Assembly: GCA_009859145.1 (NCBI GenBank)
Contig: VRVR01000004.1
Coordinates: forward strand, 212,748-276,747
Direction of reading: 5' to 3'
Origin: Andalucia godoyi And28
Taxonomy: Eukaryota; Protista; Jakobida
Length of the DNA stretch: 64,000 bases
Of the stretch, positions 25,472-35,137 are shown in pieces (the stretch's first letter is position 1; the number at the start of each line of letters is the position of its first letter). The position numbers and the translations under genes were made by a program. Below the pieces are notes generated by a model. That model did no database searches. It was not told where the DNA came from and saw only the letters and a program-made list of their open reading frames with translations.

Positions 25472-26092
25472 TTACTTCAGCTTCAACAGTGCCAGGATGT
25501 GAGAAGCGATATCAGATGGAGGATCGCCAACAACATCGGATTTCTGATGTTCTGTAAATTTCTTTGCTGAAAAAGGGCCCCTTTTCCCTGGACGGGATCC
25601 TTTACCGACTGTCGCACGAATGTCTTCGATATTCGAAAGCTGAATCATGCCTTGTTGGACCATTCGCATTTCGGGAGCCCTTGCCGAAGCTGCTTCGGGC
25701 GCAGCAAACGTCCCAGCAACCTTCCGACTCCGGTGTTCATTTTTATGCACGGCATGTTTTGACGACGACGGGACAGTTCGAGAGCTCGTGTCTTTTGCTT
25801 GAGCAACAACACGTGGCGACGCAGTGTCCATTGAGACAGCAGCGGGCTTCGGCAGACTTGCGGGGTCTGGACACGAAGAAGAAAATGACGGACCTGCAAA
25901 ATGGAGATTCGGCTTTCCAGTGTCCGGAAGCGTTGCAGGCTGCGGCACACGGGAAGGCGGAAGTCCGCCCGCAACAGCAGCGAACGAAGGTGCAGGCGCC
26001 TTCGGAACCTGGACCTTGGAAGTGCTTTCGACCTCGAAAAACGACGGAGGTAAGAGGAAGAGATCGTCTCCTCTGTGCTGACTGCTTGACAT
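25472..26092 (-). CDS. Hypothetical Pro/Ser/Ala-rich protein
   Basis: ATG at 26092. Disordered composition with a short helical C-terminus (DIASHILALLKLK). Confidence 0.6.
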   Translation of the reverse strand: MSSSQHRGDDLFLLPPSFFEVESTSKVQVPKAPAPSFAAVAGGLPPSRVPQPATLPDTGKPNLHFAGPSFSSSCPDPASLPKPAAVSMDTASPRVVAQAKDTSSRTVPSSSKHAVHKNEHRSRKVAGTFAAPEAASARAPEMRMVQQGMIQLSNIEDIRATVGKGSRPGKRGPFSAKKFTEHQKSDVVGDPPSDIASHILALLKLK

Positions 26093-26257
26093 AGGGTTAT
26101 GGATCTTCAAATGACGATTAACATCCGCACTGTGAAGTTCGCTCCGAGAAGAATGACGGAGGGAGAACTTGGAGGAAAGGCCAGCCGTGGTGAAACGCTG
26201 CCCAGTGACCTACAGCAGTTTCATGCTGTCACCGCCTTTATCTGCCTTCTATCCCTT

Positions 26258-26309
<52 letters not shown>

Positions 26310-26312
26310 TCT
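26258..26312. repeat. Compound (CT)n(CA)n microsatellite
   Basis: Seen directly; same compound layout as 2189-2246. Confidence 0.9.
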
Positions 26313-26427
26313 CACTCAAAAGAAGGAAATATTTAAACACACAGTTATTTATCAAGGATAGCGTATCATTTCCAGCGTTTTGCAAAACTTGATTCTATTA
26401 ACTGAAGCGAGTGTCATTCCGATTTCC

Positions 26428-27840
26428 ATGAAACTCTCTTTTCTCTTCACAGTCTGTTGTCTGTTGTCGTGCTCCATCGTCGCATTGTCAGTGACTACTC
26501 CTCGGTTCCTTCCGCTGCAGCCCATGTACCTGGACGACAACTACTTCAAGCTTCCAAGAGAAACCGGATATTTCGATTACGGTATGTTTTCGCAGAATAC
26601 CTCCAACGTTGTTCTTGGGTCGTCATCTGCCAAAATGGAGAACAGGACATTTCAGAATGATGATCAGGAATTCTACATGACTCTGACGGACGGTGTGACC
26701 AGCAACCAACTTGGCTACTGCATCCACAATCGAGTCGTCAGCGTTAAGTACGGTTTTGAGTCGACATTCAAAATTCGTATTAGAAGGGACCATGCTGCAG
26801 TCTATTCTTGTGGCACAACAAGCGCTTGTGCAGACCGAGAACTCGAGACAGGAGACGGAGCAATGCCGCGGGACACCGGAGACGGCTTCGTCTTTGTTGT
26901 ATCTGCGGTGCCCTTTAGCCGGGATACGCTACCTTCTTTCCGAAATCCAGGAAAAGACTTGGGCTATGACGGAATGCGAAACACTCTCGCTGTTGAATTC
27001 GATTTGGCAGAAAACGAGGATAAGATGGACCCTAACGATGCCCACGTATCGGTTCAATTCAAGGGAAGTGAGGCGGTTTCCTCTCGCCATTCCACCACCT
27101 TCCCGACTGTCATGGCACCAGATTACGGGTCTATTCAGCAGTTTGGGGACAATTACACTCAGTTTCTCACTGGAGCGAACAGAACGTTGCTTTCCGCACA
27201 AGAGCAGTTGGATTACGATGTAATTCACAGCAAATTAGACTTGTTTCTGTGGTCTGATCCGCGATTATCACAGGTTAATTACATCCACCCAAATGTAACG
27301 CCTCCGTACAACTGGGCGGATATCGGAACCTTGTTGGACAACGAAATACACGAGATTCGAATCGTTTACATGGCGGAAAAGCCGGGCATTTCGGTTTATT
27401 TTGATGGACGCGACGACCCAGTTCTGCAAGTGGCAGTGAACGTCAGCAAAATGCATTTGCATGAAGACTACTTATGCAAACACTATAATGGTTGTTTCGC
27501 TCGTTCCGATTACTACTTCAACGAAACCGAAAGAGAAATGTATCGACGGCCAATCTGCGAGATTTATGCATATCCTGATAAGCAGGCAGCAGTGCAGCTG
27601 TTTACATCGAACGTCACCTCAGACAAACAAGGAAAGCCGTTTATTGTAGAAGGGCCACGAGGTCCACTTGGGTGTCAGGAGTGTTTTGGATACGAAGGAT
27701 GCGGTGCGTATGTCAGTTTACTGAGTGCAACAGGCAGCAAGGGCTCCCGAGTAGAAGTGTTCAGTTGGAAGTTCACATCAACAAAGCCGGACTACACAAA
27801 AAACGAGTTTGTTCAGGGGCCACTTCCAAAAGGACGATAG
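26428..27840 (+). CDS. Secreted L-type (legume/ConA-like) lectin-domain protein
   Basis: Signal peptide MKLSFLFTVCCLLSCSIVALS, then GFESTF, GDGFVFV, LGYDG..NTLAVEFD, HVSVQ, HEIRIVY and ATG...VEVFSWKF. Confidence 0.85.
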   Translation: MKLSFLFTVCCLLSCSIVALSVTTPRFLPLQPMYLDDNYFKLPRETGYFDYGMFSQNTSNVVLGSSSAKMENRTFQNDDQEFYMTLTDGVTSNQLGYCIHNRVVSVKYGFESTFKIRIRRDHAAVYSCGTTSACADRELETGDGAMPRDTGDGFVFVVSAVPFSRDTLPSFRNPGKDLGYDGMRNTLAVEFDLAENEDKMDPNDAHVSVQFKGSEAVSSRHSTTFPTVMAPDYGSIQQFGDNYTQFLTGANRTLLSAQEQLDYDVIHSKLDLFLWSDPRLSQVNYIHPNVTPPYNWADIGTLLDNEIHEIRIVYMAEKPGISVYFDGRDDPVLQVAVNVSKMHLHEDYLCKHYNGCFARSDYYFNETEREMYRRPICEIYAYPDKQAAVQLFTSNVTSDKQGKPFIVEGPRGPLGCQECFGYEGCGAYVSLLSATGSKGSRVEVFSWKFTSTKPDYTKNEFVQGPLPKGR

Positions 27841-27848
27841 GATCTACC

Positions 27849-30800
27849 TCACACAGCGCTTACCTTTCTGCGTTTGTTGTCGGAGGATGGAGGTCGTCCG
27901 CGAGGCCTTGGAACAGAAGAACCCACTGGAGCACTGCCTCTGCCCCCTCTGCCACGTCCTCTTCCACGTCCTCGTCCTCGTCCTCGCCCTCGCATGCTTC
28001 TTGATGATACCACTGCAGTAGACGCAACATCGTTTCGCAATCCGCTTTCGTCATCGTCGATGACGATGTCATCGTCAGTGTCGTCATTGCACACAGATTC
28101 TTCCTCCGAGTCCGCATCTTGGAACAGGCGGTGCATCCAGGTTCGGAATGTAATCAACAGCATCCTTGCGCAAGTCCATGCAAACGAACCAGGTTCATTG
28201 TACTGCATGGAGTTTCCGCACATAGTATCAACGTCCTTTTCCATTTCGAATATTCCAAATTCCTCACTGTACACACGCTGTTTCAGCTTCAAGGCAATAT
28301 CTCTGAGAGCAACAACAGTGGAGAATTGCCGATAGTAATCCGGGAAATCCTTGCGATCGGGTTTATCCAGGAAGAAGACCAGCACCGAGTTACCATCCAC
28401 CGTGAGGCACTTCATCTGTTCATAAATAAAGGTCATTCTTTCCAAAGACTGCTCCGATGTAGGATTAAGCGGAAGACCGCAGTCTACAGAAGCAAGCACT
28501 TTCTTATCAAGACTCGTGCGTGTTGGCACTGTCTCCCCAAACAGATGCTTCAAGTGTTGCTTCCATGCTGGGACGTAATCACCAACAAAAAATCCCGATT
28601 GAGGATGCGGACGACGACTCTGGCGAACCCCAGAATTACTGTTGGAGGTAGCTTGGACACCAAATTCTACTTCGTCGTCATCTTCGTCGTCACCTTGTGA
28701 TCTAAGAGCATTTTCTGGATGCGTTGATGCTTCGGTGTCAACGGCCTCCTCCTCATCCGAATACTCGATCAATTTGTCGAGTTCATCATCCCCATAGTAC
28801 ACTTTGTTGGATCCTAGACGACGTGCTCCCCGCCCTGAGTACTCGTCAGACAACTGCATCGCAGACGCCAATTCTTCTTTAGGATCGTGTCTGAGGGTAG
28901 GGGCATCAGCAGTCGTGAAAACTCGCAAATAACTCGACGGCAGAAGGGTCTTGTACTGCCGCAAATCCTCTGGATCCCGAGCCAACAAAGCAATAAGATC
29001 TTCCCCTGCAAGATCCTTCGGGATGGCGTCTTTGGAGGCGTCAGCAAAACCGACATTGATGTTCACGAGATCCTCGATGAGCTTGCGCTGCTCTTCCAGA
29101 TTATGGTTCACTTCTGTCGCATGAACGTTGTTTCGCATTCCTCGCATTGTTTCAATATCAAACTGTCCGCAGTCAATGACAGTTTTCGTTTGGAGCCTTT
29201 TCTGGGACCATCGATTGTACAACTTTTGCTCAAACTGGCATTCCGAAACGAGACAGAATACACGCACTGGTCGAGCTTGCCCTATCCTGTACGCTCTGGC
29301 AATAGCCTGAACGTCATTTTGTGGGTTCCAGTCCAAATCAAAAATAATAACAGTATCCGCAGCTTGCAAATTGACTCCAAGGCCACCTGCCTTCGTAGAT
29401 ATGAGAAAGATCCAGATCGGACTTCCCTCCTTACAGAACTGATGTATTCGTTCTGCGCGTTCCGACCCCTTCGTCTGACCATCCAATCGTGTATACTGTT
29501 CAGGGGAAAATCCCAATACTTCAAGAAGATCAGAAATCAGATTCAGAACCTGCACTTGCTGAGAGAATAACAAAACCTTATGGCCGGCAGAGTGCAACAG
29601 CGGAAGCATCCTAGCGAGCATTGTGAACTTTCCAGAAGACCGAATCAACAGCGACTGCCAATCGTCGGAAACAAATTTTTCGTAAGGATCTTGAAAAAAC
29701 AGGAAAGGGTGCGAGCATACCTTGCGGAAATGGAAAAAGGAATTGCGAATCGACTTGTTGATGAGCATGGGGCCGGTCTGCAGTGTCGTTGTACCGCCTG
29801 CCAGCACCTTCAGCATTTTTTGTTGCAGCTGTTCGTACATACTCCATTGAATCGCAGACATCTCACAGGTGATTAAAACTTCCGATTTCGGAGGAAGCGT
29901 ATGGGCAAGAGATGCGTGTTCTCGTCGTAACAGGAACGGCCTGAGAACAGCATGAAGTTGCTGTACCAAATAGTGGATTTCCTCGTTTGTCAATTGCGAA
30001 GCCTCATCTGGCAAAAACGGTGCGTTAAACCATTCCTCAAAATTCTCAGCAGAATCAAACACCTTTGGCATGATGAAGTTGAGCAATGACCACAATTCTC
30101 GTAGATTGTTCTGCAGAGGAGTACCTGTAAGAAGTACTCTTCGTTGCGACTTGAACAGCGTTGAGAGCGTGTGGGTCACCAAAGAATCCTGATTTTTCAA
30201 TTGGTGGCCTTCATCCACAATCAAATACTGCCATCCAACTTTCGACAAGACATTCTTCTCTTTCTTGTGACGTACCATTTCGTACGTTGTGACAACAACA
30301 TTGTATGAATCCGGATGATCGAGAATACGGGCTTTCAAATCCTTCCGTTCAACTTTTGATCCATGATACTTGATGCATTTCAGATTTGGCGCCCACTGAC
30401 TGAACTCATTCAACCAATTATCGACAACAGACAGAGGACACACCACTAAATGGGGTCCGTAAAGACCCTTTCTTTCCGCAAGATAGGCAATCGTTGCGAT
30501 TGCCTGAATTGTCTTTCCCAGACCCATTTCATCTGCAAGGATCCCGTTGATCCCGTTATTGTAAAGCGATACAAGAAACTGCACACCTTCTAACTGGTAA
30601 CTTCGAAGCTGTCCCCCAGAAAGCATTGCCGGCTGTTGCTGAATAACTTCTTCCTTATCTGGGCTAACAGCGCTGGCGCCGCTTCCACTGGGCTCTGAAA
30701 CCAATTCACCTTGAACCTGATAGTCGGCAATTTGCTGTTGAATCTTTGCAGTCATCCGTTTTGTCCACAACACAAGCTCTCGCAACCTTTCCTTTTTCGC

Positions 30801-31565
30801 TTCGTGAACATGCTTCAGATACTCTTCGAAATTGTTTTCTTTCAGAGCTCTTAGTCTACTCTTTTCAGACTCGTCTCTCTCTCTTCGCAATTTCTCTTTC
30901 CGTCTTGAATGGATTTGCGATATCAAAGAACAGACTTTCTGCCTAATTTTCTCTCTGTCGGCAAGCACAGCAAAAAACGCCTTGCTGCCTTCTTTGACAT
31001 CCTTTCGGAAGAGAGATTTCTTGTGAGCTCTGGATTCTTCTTCGGATTTCTGAATAGACATCGCCAAAACATGAGTGGCATCCAGAATAGCTGGCTGATT
31101 CTTTGCAGAGAAAACACTGTACCTAGCCTTCATTTGGAATGGAAGGAGTTTGAGTGCCGTCAATTCAATCTTGTCAGACACAGAAAGAGATGACGGTTCT
31201 CTATTTTGCATAGTTTGAAGCCTGCGAACCATAAAACTGTGGACTTCTTTTCTTCTTAATTCAATCAGCATTCGAGAGTCTTCGTTGATGTTCACAGAAA
31301 CCATTTCCGCATCAAAAGACTGTTTTTGAAAACTCTGCATTTTCAGAATTTCTTCAGAACTCGTGGCATTCTCCGAAACACTGTGATCGTCATTCTGTTT
31401 TCGACCCGACGACGACGAAGCTTCCAATAATTGCGGTGTAATCAAGTTGAAGTTTTGTTGTTCAATGAGTTTGAGGATGACGACTTGTGCGATGAACCGG
31501 TCCTTAAACTCAGGGGGAAGCAACTGCGCCAGAGAAAACGGGTCTGGTTTCGTTCCAGACTGCAT
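27849..31565 (-). CDS. SNF2: SNF2/BRM-type SWI/SNF ATPase (QLQ-like, HSA, SNF2_N, HELICc, bromodomain, RG repeat and AT-hook)
   Basis: Motifs NGILADEMGLGKTIQ, LIVDEGH, LLTGTPLQNNL.ELWSLLNF, RSSGKF, STKAGGLGVNLQAADTVI.FD.DWNP and QAIARAYRIGQ. Bromodomain F..KPDRK..PDYY and MQYNEPGS. C-terminal RGRGRG and RPRGRP. Confidence 0.95.
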   Translation of the reverse strand: MQSGTKPDPFSLAQLLPPEFKDRFIAQVVILKLIEQQNFNLITPQLLEASSSSGRKQNDDHSVSENATSSEEILKMQSFQKQSFDAEMVSVNINEDSRMLIELRRKEVHSFMVRRLQTMQNREPSSLSVSDKIELTALKLLPFQMKARYSVFSAKNQPAILDATHVLAMSIQKSEEESRAHKKSLFRKDVKEGSKAFFAVLADREKIRQKVCSLISQIHSRRKEKLRRERDESEKSRLRALKENNFEEYLKHVHEAKKERLRELVLWTKRMTAKIQQQIADYQVQGELVSEPSGSGASAVSPDKEEVIQQQPAMLSGGQLRSYQLEGVQFLVSLYNNGINGILADEMGLGKTIQAIATIAYLAERKGLYGPHLVVCPLSVVDNWLNEFSQWAPNLKCIKYHGSKVERKDLKARILDHPDSYNVVVTTYEMVRHKKEKNVLSKVGWQYLIVDEGHQLKNQDSLVTHTLSTLFKSQRRVLLTGTPLQNNLRELWSLLNFIMPKVFDSAENFEEWFNAPFLPDEASQLTNEEIHYLVQQLHAVLRPFLLRREHASLAHTLPPKSEVLITCEMSAIQWSMYEQLQQKMLKVLAGGTTTLQTGPMLINKSIRNSFFHFRKVCSHPFLFFQDPYEKFVSDDWQSLLIRSSGKFTMLARMLPLLHSAGHKVLLFSQQVQVLNLISDLLEVLGFSPEQYTRLDGQTKGSERAERIHQFCKEGSPIWIFLISTKAGGLGVNLQAADTVIIFDLDWNPQNDVQAIARAYRIGQARPVRVFCLVSECQFEQKLYNRWSQKRLQTKTVIDCGQFDIETMRGMRNNVHATEVNHNLEEQRKLIEDLVNINVGFADASKDAIPKDLAGEDLIALLARDPEDLRQYKTLLPSSYLRVFTTADAPTLRHDPKEELASAMQLSDEYSGRGARRLGSNKVYYGDDELDKLIEYSDEEEAVDTEASTHPENALRSQGDDEDDDEVEFGVQATSNSNSGVRQSRRPHPQSGFFVGDYVPAWKQHLKHLFGETVPTRTSLDKKVLASVDCGLPLNPTSEQSLERMTFIYEQMKCLTVDGNSVLVFFLDKPDRKDFPDYYRQFSTVVALRDIALKLKQRVYSEEFGIFEMEKDVDTMCGNSMQYNEPGSFAWTCARMLLITFRTWMHRLFQDADSEEESVCNDDTDDDIVIDDDESGLRNDVASTAVVSSRSMRGRGRGRGRGRGRGRGGRGSAPVGSSVPRPRGRPPSSDNKRRKVSAV

Positions 31566-31859
31566 GACGATGGTTTCCTATGTCAACAGCGCAAATTTTT
31601 TGTTGTTGTTGAAAAGTCACTCACGGAAATCACACACCACATTCATTCGGGCAGAGCGGGAATTTTTGATGTCCTCCCCCAAAGGAGGAGTCCCACTTCT
31701 CTCCAGTCTTAAGGACAGTTTCAGCTTCACAGTACTCAAATGGAGAGTTGCAGACCGTTTTTATTATCCTTCTGCCCCTTTGCCACTTTTTGATCTTTCC
31801 TTTATTGAACGATCCATTTTCCATGGCGGCTATGAATTTCTAATTTTATACTTTGCAGA

Positions 31860-32034
31860 CAGGCACATACGCGTACGGGCCACTCTCCGTGCGAAGCTTG
31901 CTTACTGTCCAAAGTGCGGAGCGCCTAACGTACTTCCGGCGCAAGCCGCGAGACTTCCACACCGTATCCAGTTGTGGAGTCAACGCCTACACTATACACT
32001 GAACATGCATATCTACGAATAGACATGCATATTC
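31860..32034 (-). ncRNA. Candidate TnpB/Fanzor omegaRNA scaffold
   Basis: Consecutive stem-loops directly after the nuclease stop codon: 32001-32034 (15 bp with 2 G-U pairs, UUCG loop), 31952-31981 (9 bp with 1 bulge) and about 31915-31949. The boundaries are inferred. Confidence 0.5.
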
Positions 32035-32300
32035 AACCGTGCGTCCCGTTGCCGGAAAGGGGATAGGCCCCAACACGCCTCACGGCGTTCTTCAGATAAA
32101 TGTTCCGCGCTCCGTTCCCAATCTCGATCAATCGGTGAGCTGCACGCGGGACATGCAAACACTTTGCTTCCGCCTCGACGTGCATGGATCTCACCGCAGC
32201 GCCCGCACGTTTTGGACGTGTACTCCTCCGTCACGATGGCAACATGGCGCTCGCGATACTCGGTCGCCTTATGGAACAAACGTTGCAAAAAGTGAAACCA
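32033..32300 (-). pseudogene. Truncated, frameshifted TnpB/Fanzor2-like nuclease remnant (Zn ribbon plus RuvC-III)
   Basis: Reads WFHFLQRLFHKATEYRERHVAIVTEEYTSKTCGRCGEIH..GGSKVFACPAC...DRDW. Removing one extra G at 32117-32119 continues the frame as NGARNIYLKN to a TGA at 32033-32035. Confidence 0.88.
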
Positions 32301-32697
32301 AAAAGCGAAACCAGCGAATGATAGAATAGATGGCTACGGATGCTGCGTTCAAGAGTGTCGAAAATGCGGAGCCTGTGTCGCAGGCTGAATTTTGGCCGAG
32401 CGTGCGTAAGCACGAATTCCTGTGAAGCAAAACGTGCTAGTGTCGGCCAGCATTGACCGTGTCTGTTTATGTATACTTCCTTCCGTATGCATGACAATGA
32501 CGTCTCCAGCGCTATTCATGGCATGTCATGGTGCTCGCGACGCTGCTTCGAATTGATTTTTGTTTTGGTGGTTGGTTGGAGGATGATGCCTTTTCTGACT
32601 TCCGACTGTTGATGATCTTTTTGAAACGTCGCATGCAAGTGCGCCACCTCCACATTAGTAAACTGCAGTTTATAATTACGAAAGGAATTGTGTTGCA

Positions 32698-34716
32698 TCA
32701 ACAAATGAAGAAGGAAAAATCTTCTCCGGCACTCACGTTCAGGAATTGCCGTCCTGCTGCTGTCGGAGCGACAACTTTCTGAGGATCTGCAATGAAATGC
32801 CGGTGCTTGTCGAGAGCAAGATCAGAATCTGCTGCAATCTCCGCGCCAAGCTGGCCACAGGACCCGGAGCCCCATGCATAGACAGAGCCGTTTTCCAGAC
32901 AAACAAGAGAATGGTAGTAGCCGCATGCAGCAGATTTCACTGAACATTCAAATCGGTGCGACACGCACGGAGATTCGTTCGACGTCTTCCCGATGCGACC
33001 ACGGGCAGACCGTCCAAATGCAACAACAGTCCCATCATCACACACAGCAAGGTTGTGAAATAAACCAGAAACAATGCGCAAAACAGAGTAGGACGAAAGA
33101 GATTCCAGAGGAAGAAACATGAACTGATGACATGATCCAGAAAAGCCAAGTTGACCTTGATCGGTGGCCCCACACCCTAGAATAAGCCCCGAGTCTGTCA
33201 AAGCCAGGGAATGGGAATAGCCCGCGGACAAATCAACGACTTTGTGCCATCGATTTCCCAAGAGCCCACTCACAAGAGTCGGCACGGATCTGTCTTCAAA
33301 GTCGCACAGTCCTAGTTCGCCAGAAGCGTTTCGCCCACACGAAAGAACGCAGCCATCTTCTGTTAGCAAAAGGGTGTGAGAGAATCCGCAGACCACTTTA
33401 GTGACTCGTTGATCGCTCTCATCTCGCCCAGAATCTTCAATGTAAAAGGAGTCAATGCACGTAGGAAGCAGCAGGTCCTGGCCATGCAAATCAGCACCTA
33501 CTCCACACTGCCCGTACAGATTAAACCCAAACGCAAACACTTCACCTGTCGACGACAAACAAACAGAATGCGCAGCACCAGCAGCAACATCCACGATTCG
33601 AATCTTCTCATCGACAAAGAATTGAATGGCTTTGAAAGAAGACAAGGAATACTCGCTGCCATGGCCGAGTCGGCCATGCGCACCTAACCCAGCAGAAAAT
33701 ACGACACCGTCCTCCGATAGGACAATCGCATGAGCAGAGCCGCTCGACACCTTTCGAATACGCATTCCTGAAAGGCAGCTAATGGGAACCGGCATCCACA
33801 AGGAGCTTGTTTCCGCACTCTCCTCATTAGCACCAATCCCTAGAACTCCACTTTCATTATTACCTGTCGCAAAGATGGTGACTGTTGAGCATCCTTCCAA
33901 TGGGTCGGAGTTCACAGTATCCATTCGCAGATGCTTCATTTTCGACTGTACATCCACATCAGCATGCACTCGTCCATTTGATCTCGATGCGGATGATTCG
34001 GGGCCCGACTTCGTGACATCTGCCTCCGTTGTCAGGATTTGTTCCAAAACCGGGGCCTTACCGGCCTCCGTTAATGCGCCACTGTCTTTTGGAGTCGAGT
34101 CCCCTACAGCTGCTGTTGTTGTCATCAGACTATCTTCGCGGACATTCGGAGACTGACCACAATTTGCCTGCCCGACCTTTTCCAATTCCTCCAGTACCAG
34201 ATCCATTGTCGGATCATTCTTCTTTGAAAGCTTTTCTTCTTCGACTTCCGCTCGCACAGCAGCAAGAAATGAGAGTTCCTCGTCAGGAATAGGCTTATTC
34301 AAACCCAACTTCTCAGCCAACTTGGCAAGATACACGAGACAGGAGGTAACAAGCCTTGGGTTCTTATCTGCAATAAGATCATCCGGCAAAAAAATGAGAG
34401 TTTCTGGAAACTTGAGAGATCTGCATGCATTTGCAAACTGCTCAAGATTCTCCCGAACAAAAAACGGATCAAGCTTCTTATGGACTTTCTTCTTGATTAG
34501 CCCAGGGCTGATCTTTTGCATGAACGAACATAGTACTTGACCATCATACAAAGAATCGCGGAAGTCGGCAGCTTGCAATGGCTGTCCCACAATCTTTTCG
34601 AGATAGATCAGAAGCTCACTCTGCAAAAATAACAACTGTTCCTGCTGAAAATCCCTGCGCAGGGTCGAAACTGACCGACCATGAACTTTCTTGAGTTTGC
34701 GTTTTGGTTCTTCCAT
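32698..34716 (-). CDS. Calponin-homology (type 3) domain plus C-terminal RCC1-repeat propeller protein
   Basis: CH domain DFRDSLYDGQVLC.F..KISPG...RENLEQF..AC....F.PDDL. About seven RCC1 repeats (V.CG..H.L.L..DG....G.N..GQLG). Likely start at 34716 (MEEPK). Confidence 0.88.
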   Translation of the reverse strand: MEEPKRKLKKVHGRSVSTLRRDFQQEQLLFLQSELLIYLEKIVGQPLQAADFRDSLYDGQVLCSFMQKISPGLIKKKVHKKLDPFFVRENLEQFANACRSLKFPETLIFLPDDLIADKNPRLVTSCLVYLAKLAEKLGLNKPIPDEELSFLAAVRAEVEEEKLSKKNDPTMDLVLEELEKVGQANCGQSPNVREDSLMTTTAAVGDSTPKDSGALTEAGKAPVLEQILTTEADVTKSGPESSASRSNGRVHADVDVQSKMKHLRMDTVNSDPLEGCSTVTIFATGNNESGVLGIGANEESAETSSLWMPVPISCLSGMRIRKVSSGSAHAIVLSEDGVVFSAGLGAHGRLGHGSEYSLSSFKAIQFFVDEKIRIVDVAAGAAHSVCLSSTGEVFAFGFNLYGQCGVGADLHGQDLLLPTCIDSFYIEDSGRDESDQRVTKVVCGFSHTLLLTEDGCVLSCGRNASGELGLCDFEDRSVPTLVSGLLGNRWHKVVDLSAGYSHSLALTDSGLILGCGATDQGQLGFSGSCHQFMFLPLESLSSYSVLRIVSGLFHNLAVCDDGTVVAFGRSARGRIGKTSNESPCVSHRFECSVKSAACGYYHSLVCLENGSVYAWGSGSCGQLGAEIAADSDLALDKHRHFIADPQKVVAPTAAGRQFLNVSAGEDFSFFIC

Positions 34717-35137
34717 TTTGCACGATGCCTCCCAACGAGTTCCGTAAACGGTGTTTTGGATGAAATATAATAACAATAACAAGAAGAAGAAGAAGAACAA
34801 GAAGAAGAGATTCGTTGAGACTCGGTGCTCGGAATGGCGGCGGGCTTCGGGGTTTTTTCCCTCGCAAAACACCGGAATCCGGAAACCGAAAGTCCCGAAG
34901 TCCCCGAAGCCACCAATCCACCCATCCGTCCCGTTCCCCTGCTGTCCCATTTCGTCCAGTTGATGCTTTGCCAAAAAAAAAAAAACAACAACAAAAAAAC
35001 AGCCGTTTGCATCAATTGAAGGAAGAAGGACGCTGTCTCTCGGCTGGAAGAAAACGTTGGCAAAAAGCAGCGGCTCGGCCACGCAGTTTCTGAATCCTGT
35101 GCTCAGCGTGTTTTTCAGTTTCAAACGATTATTGAAG

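Noticed and set aside
31447-32022. Plus-strand 191-aa ORF containing CPKCG
   Set aside because: It overlaps the SNF2 5' end and is antisense to the hairpin region. A single CxxC with no other family motif is consistent with chance.
32380-32520. SIHKQTRSML upstream of the Fanzor remnant, resembling the Fanzor2 'KT.R.ML.W.H' motif
   Set aside because: It is in a different frame, more than 100 nt from the WFH segment and too short to support. The upstream Fanzor boundary is left undefined.
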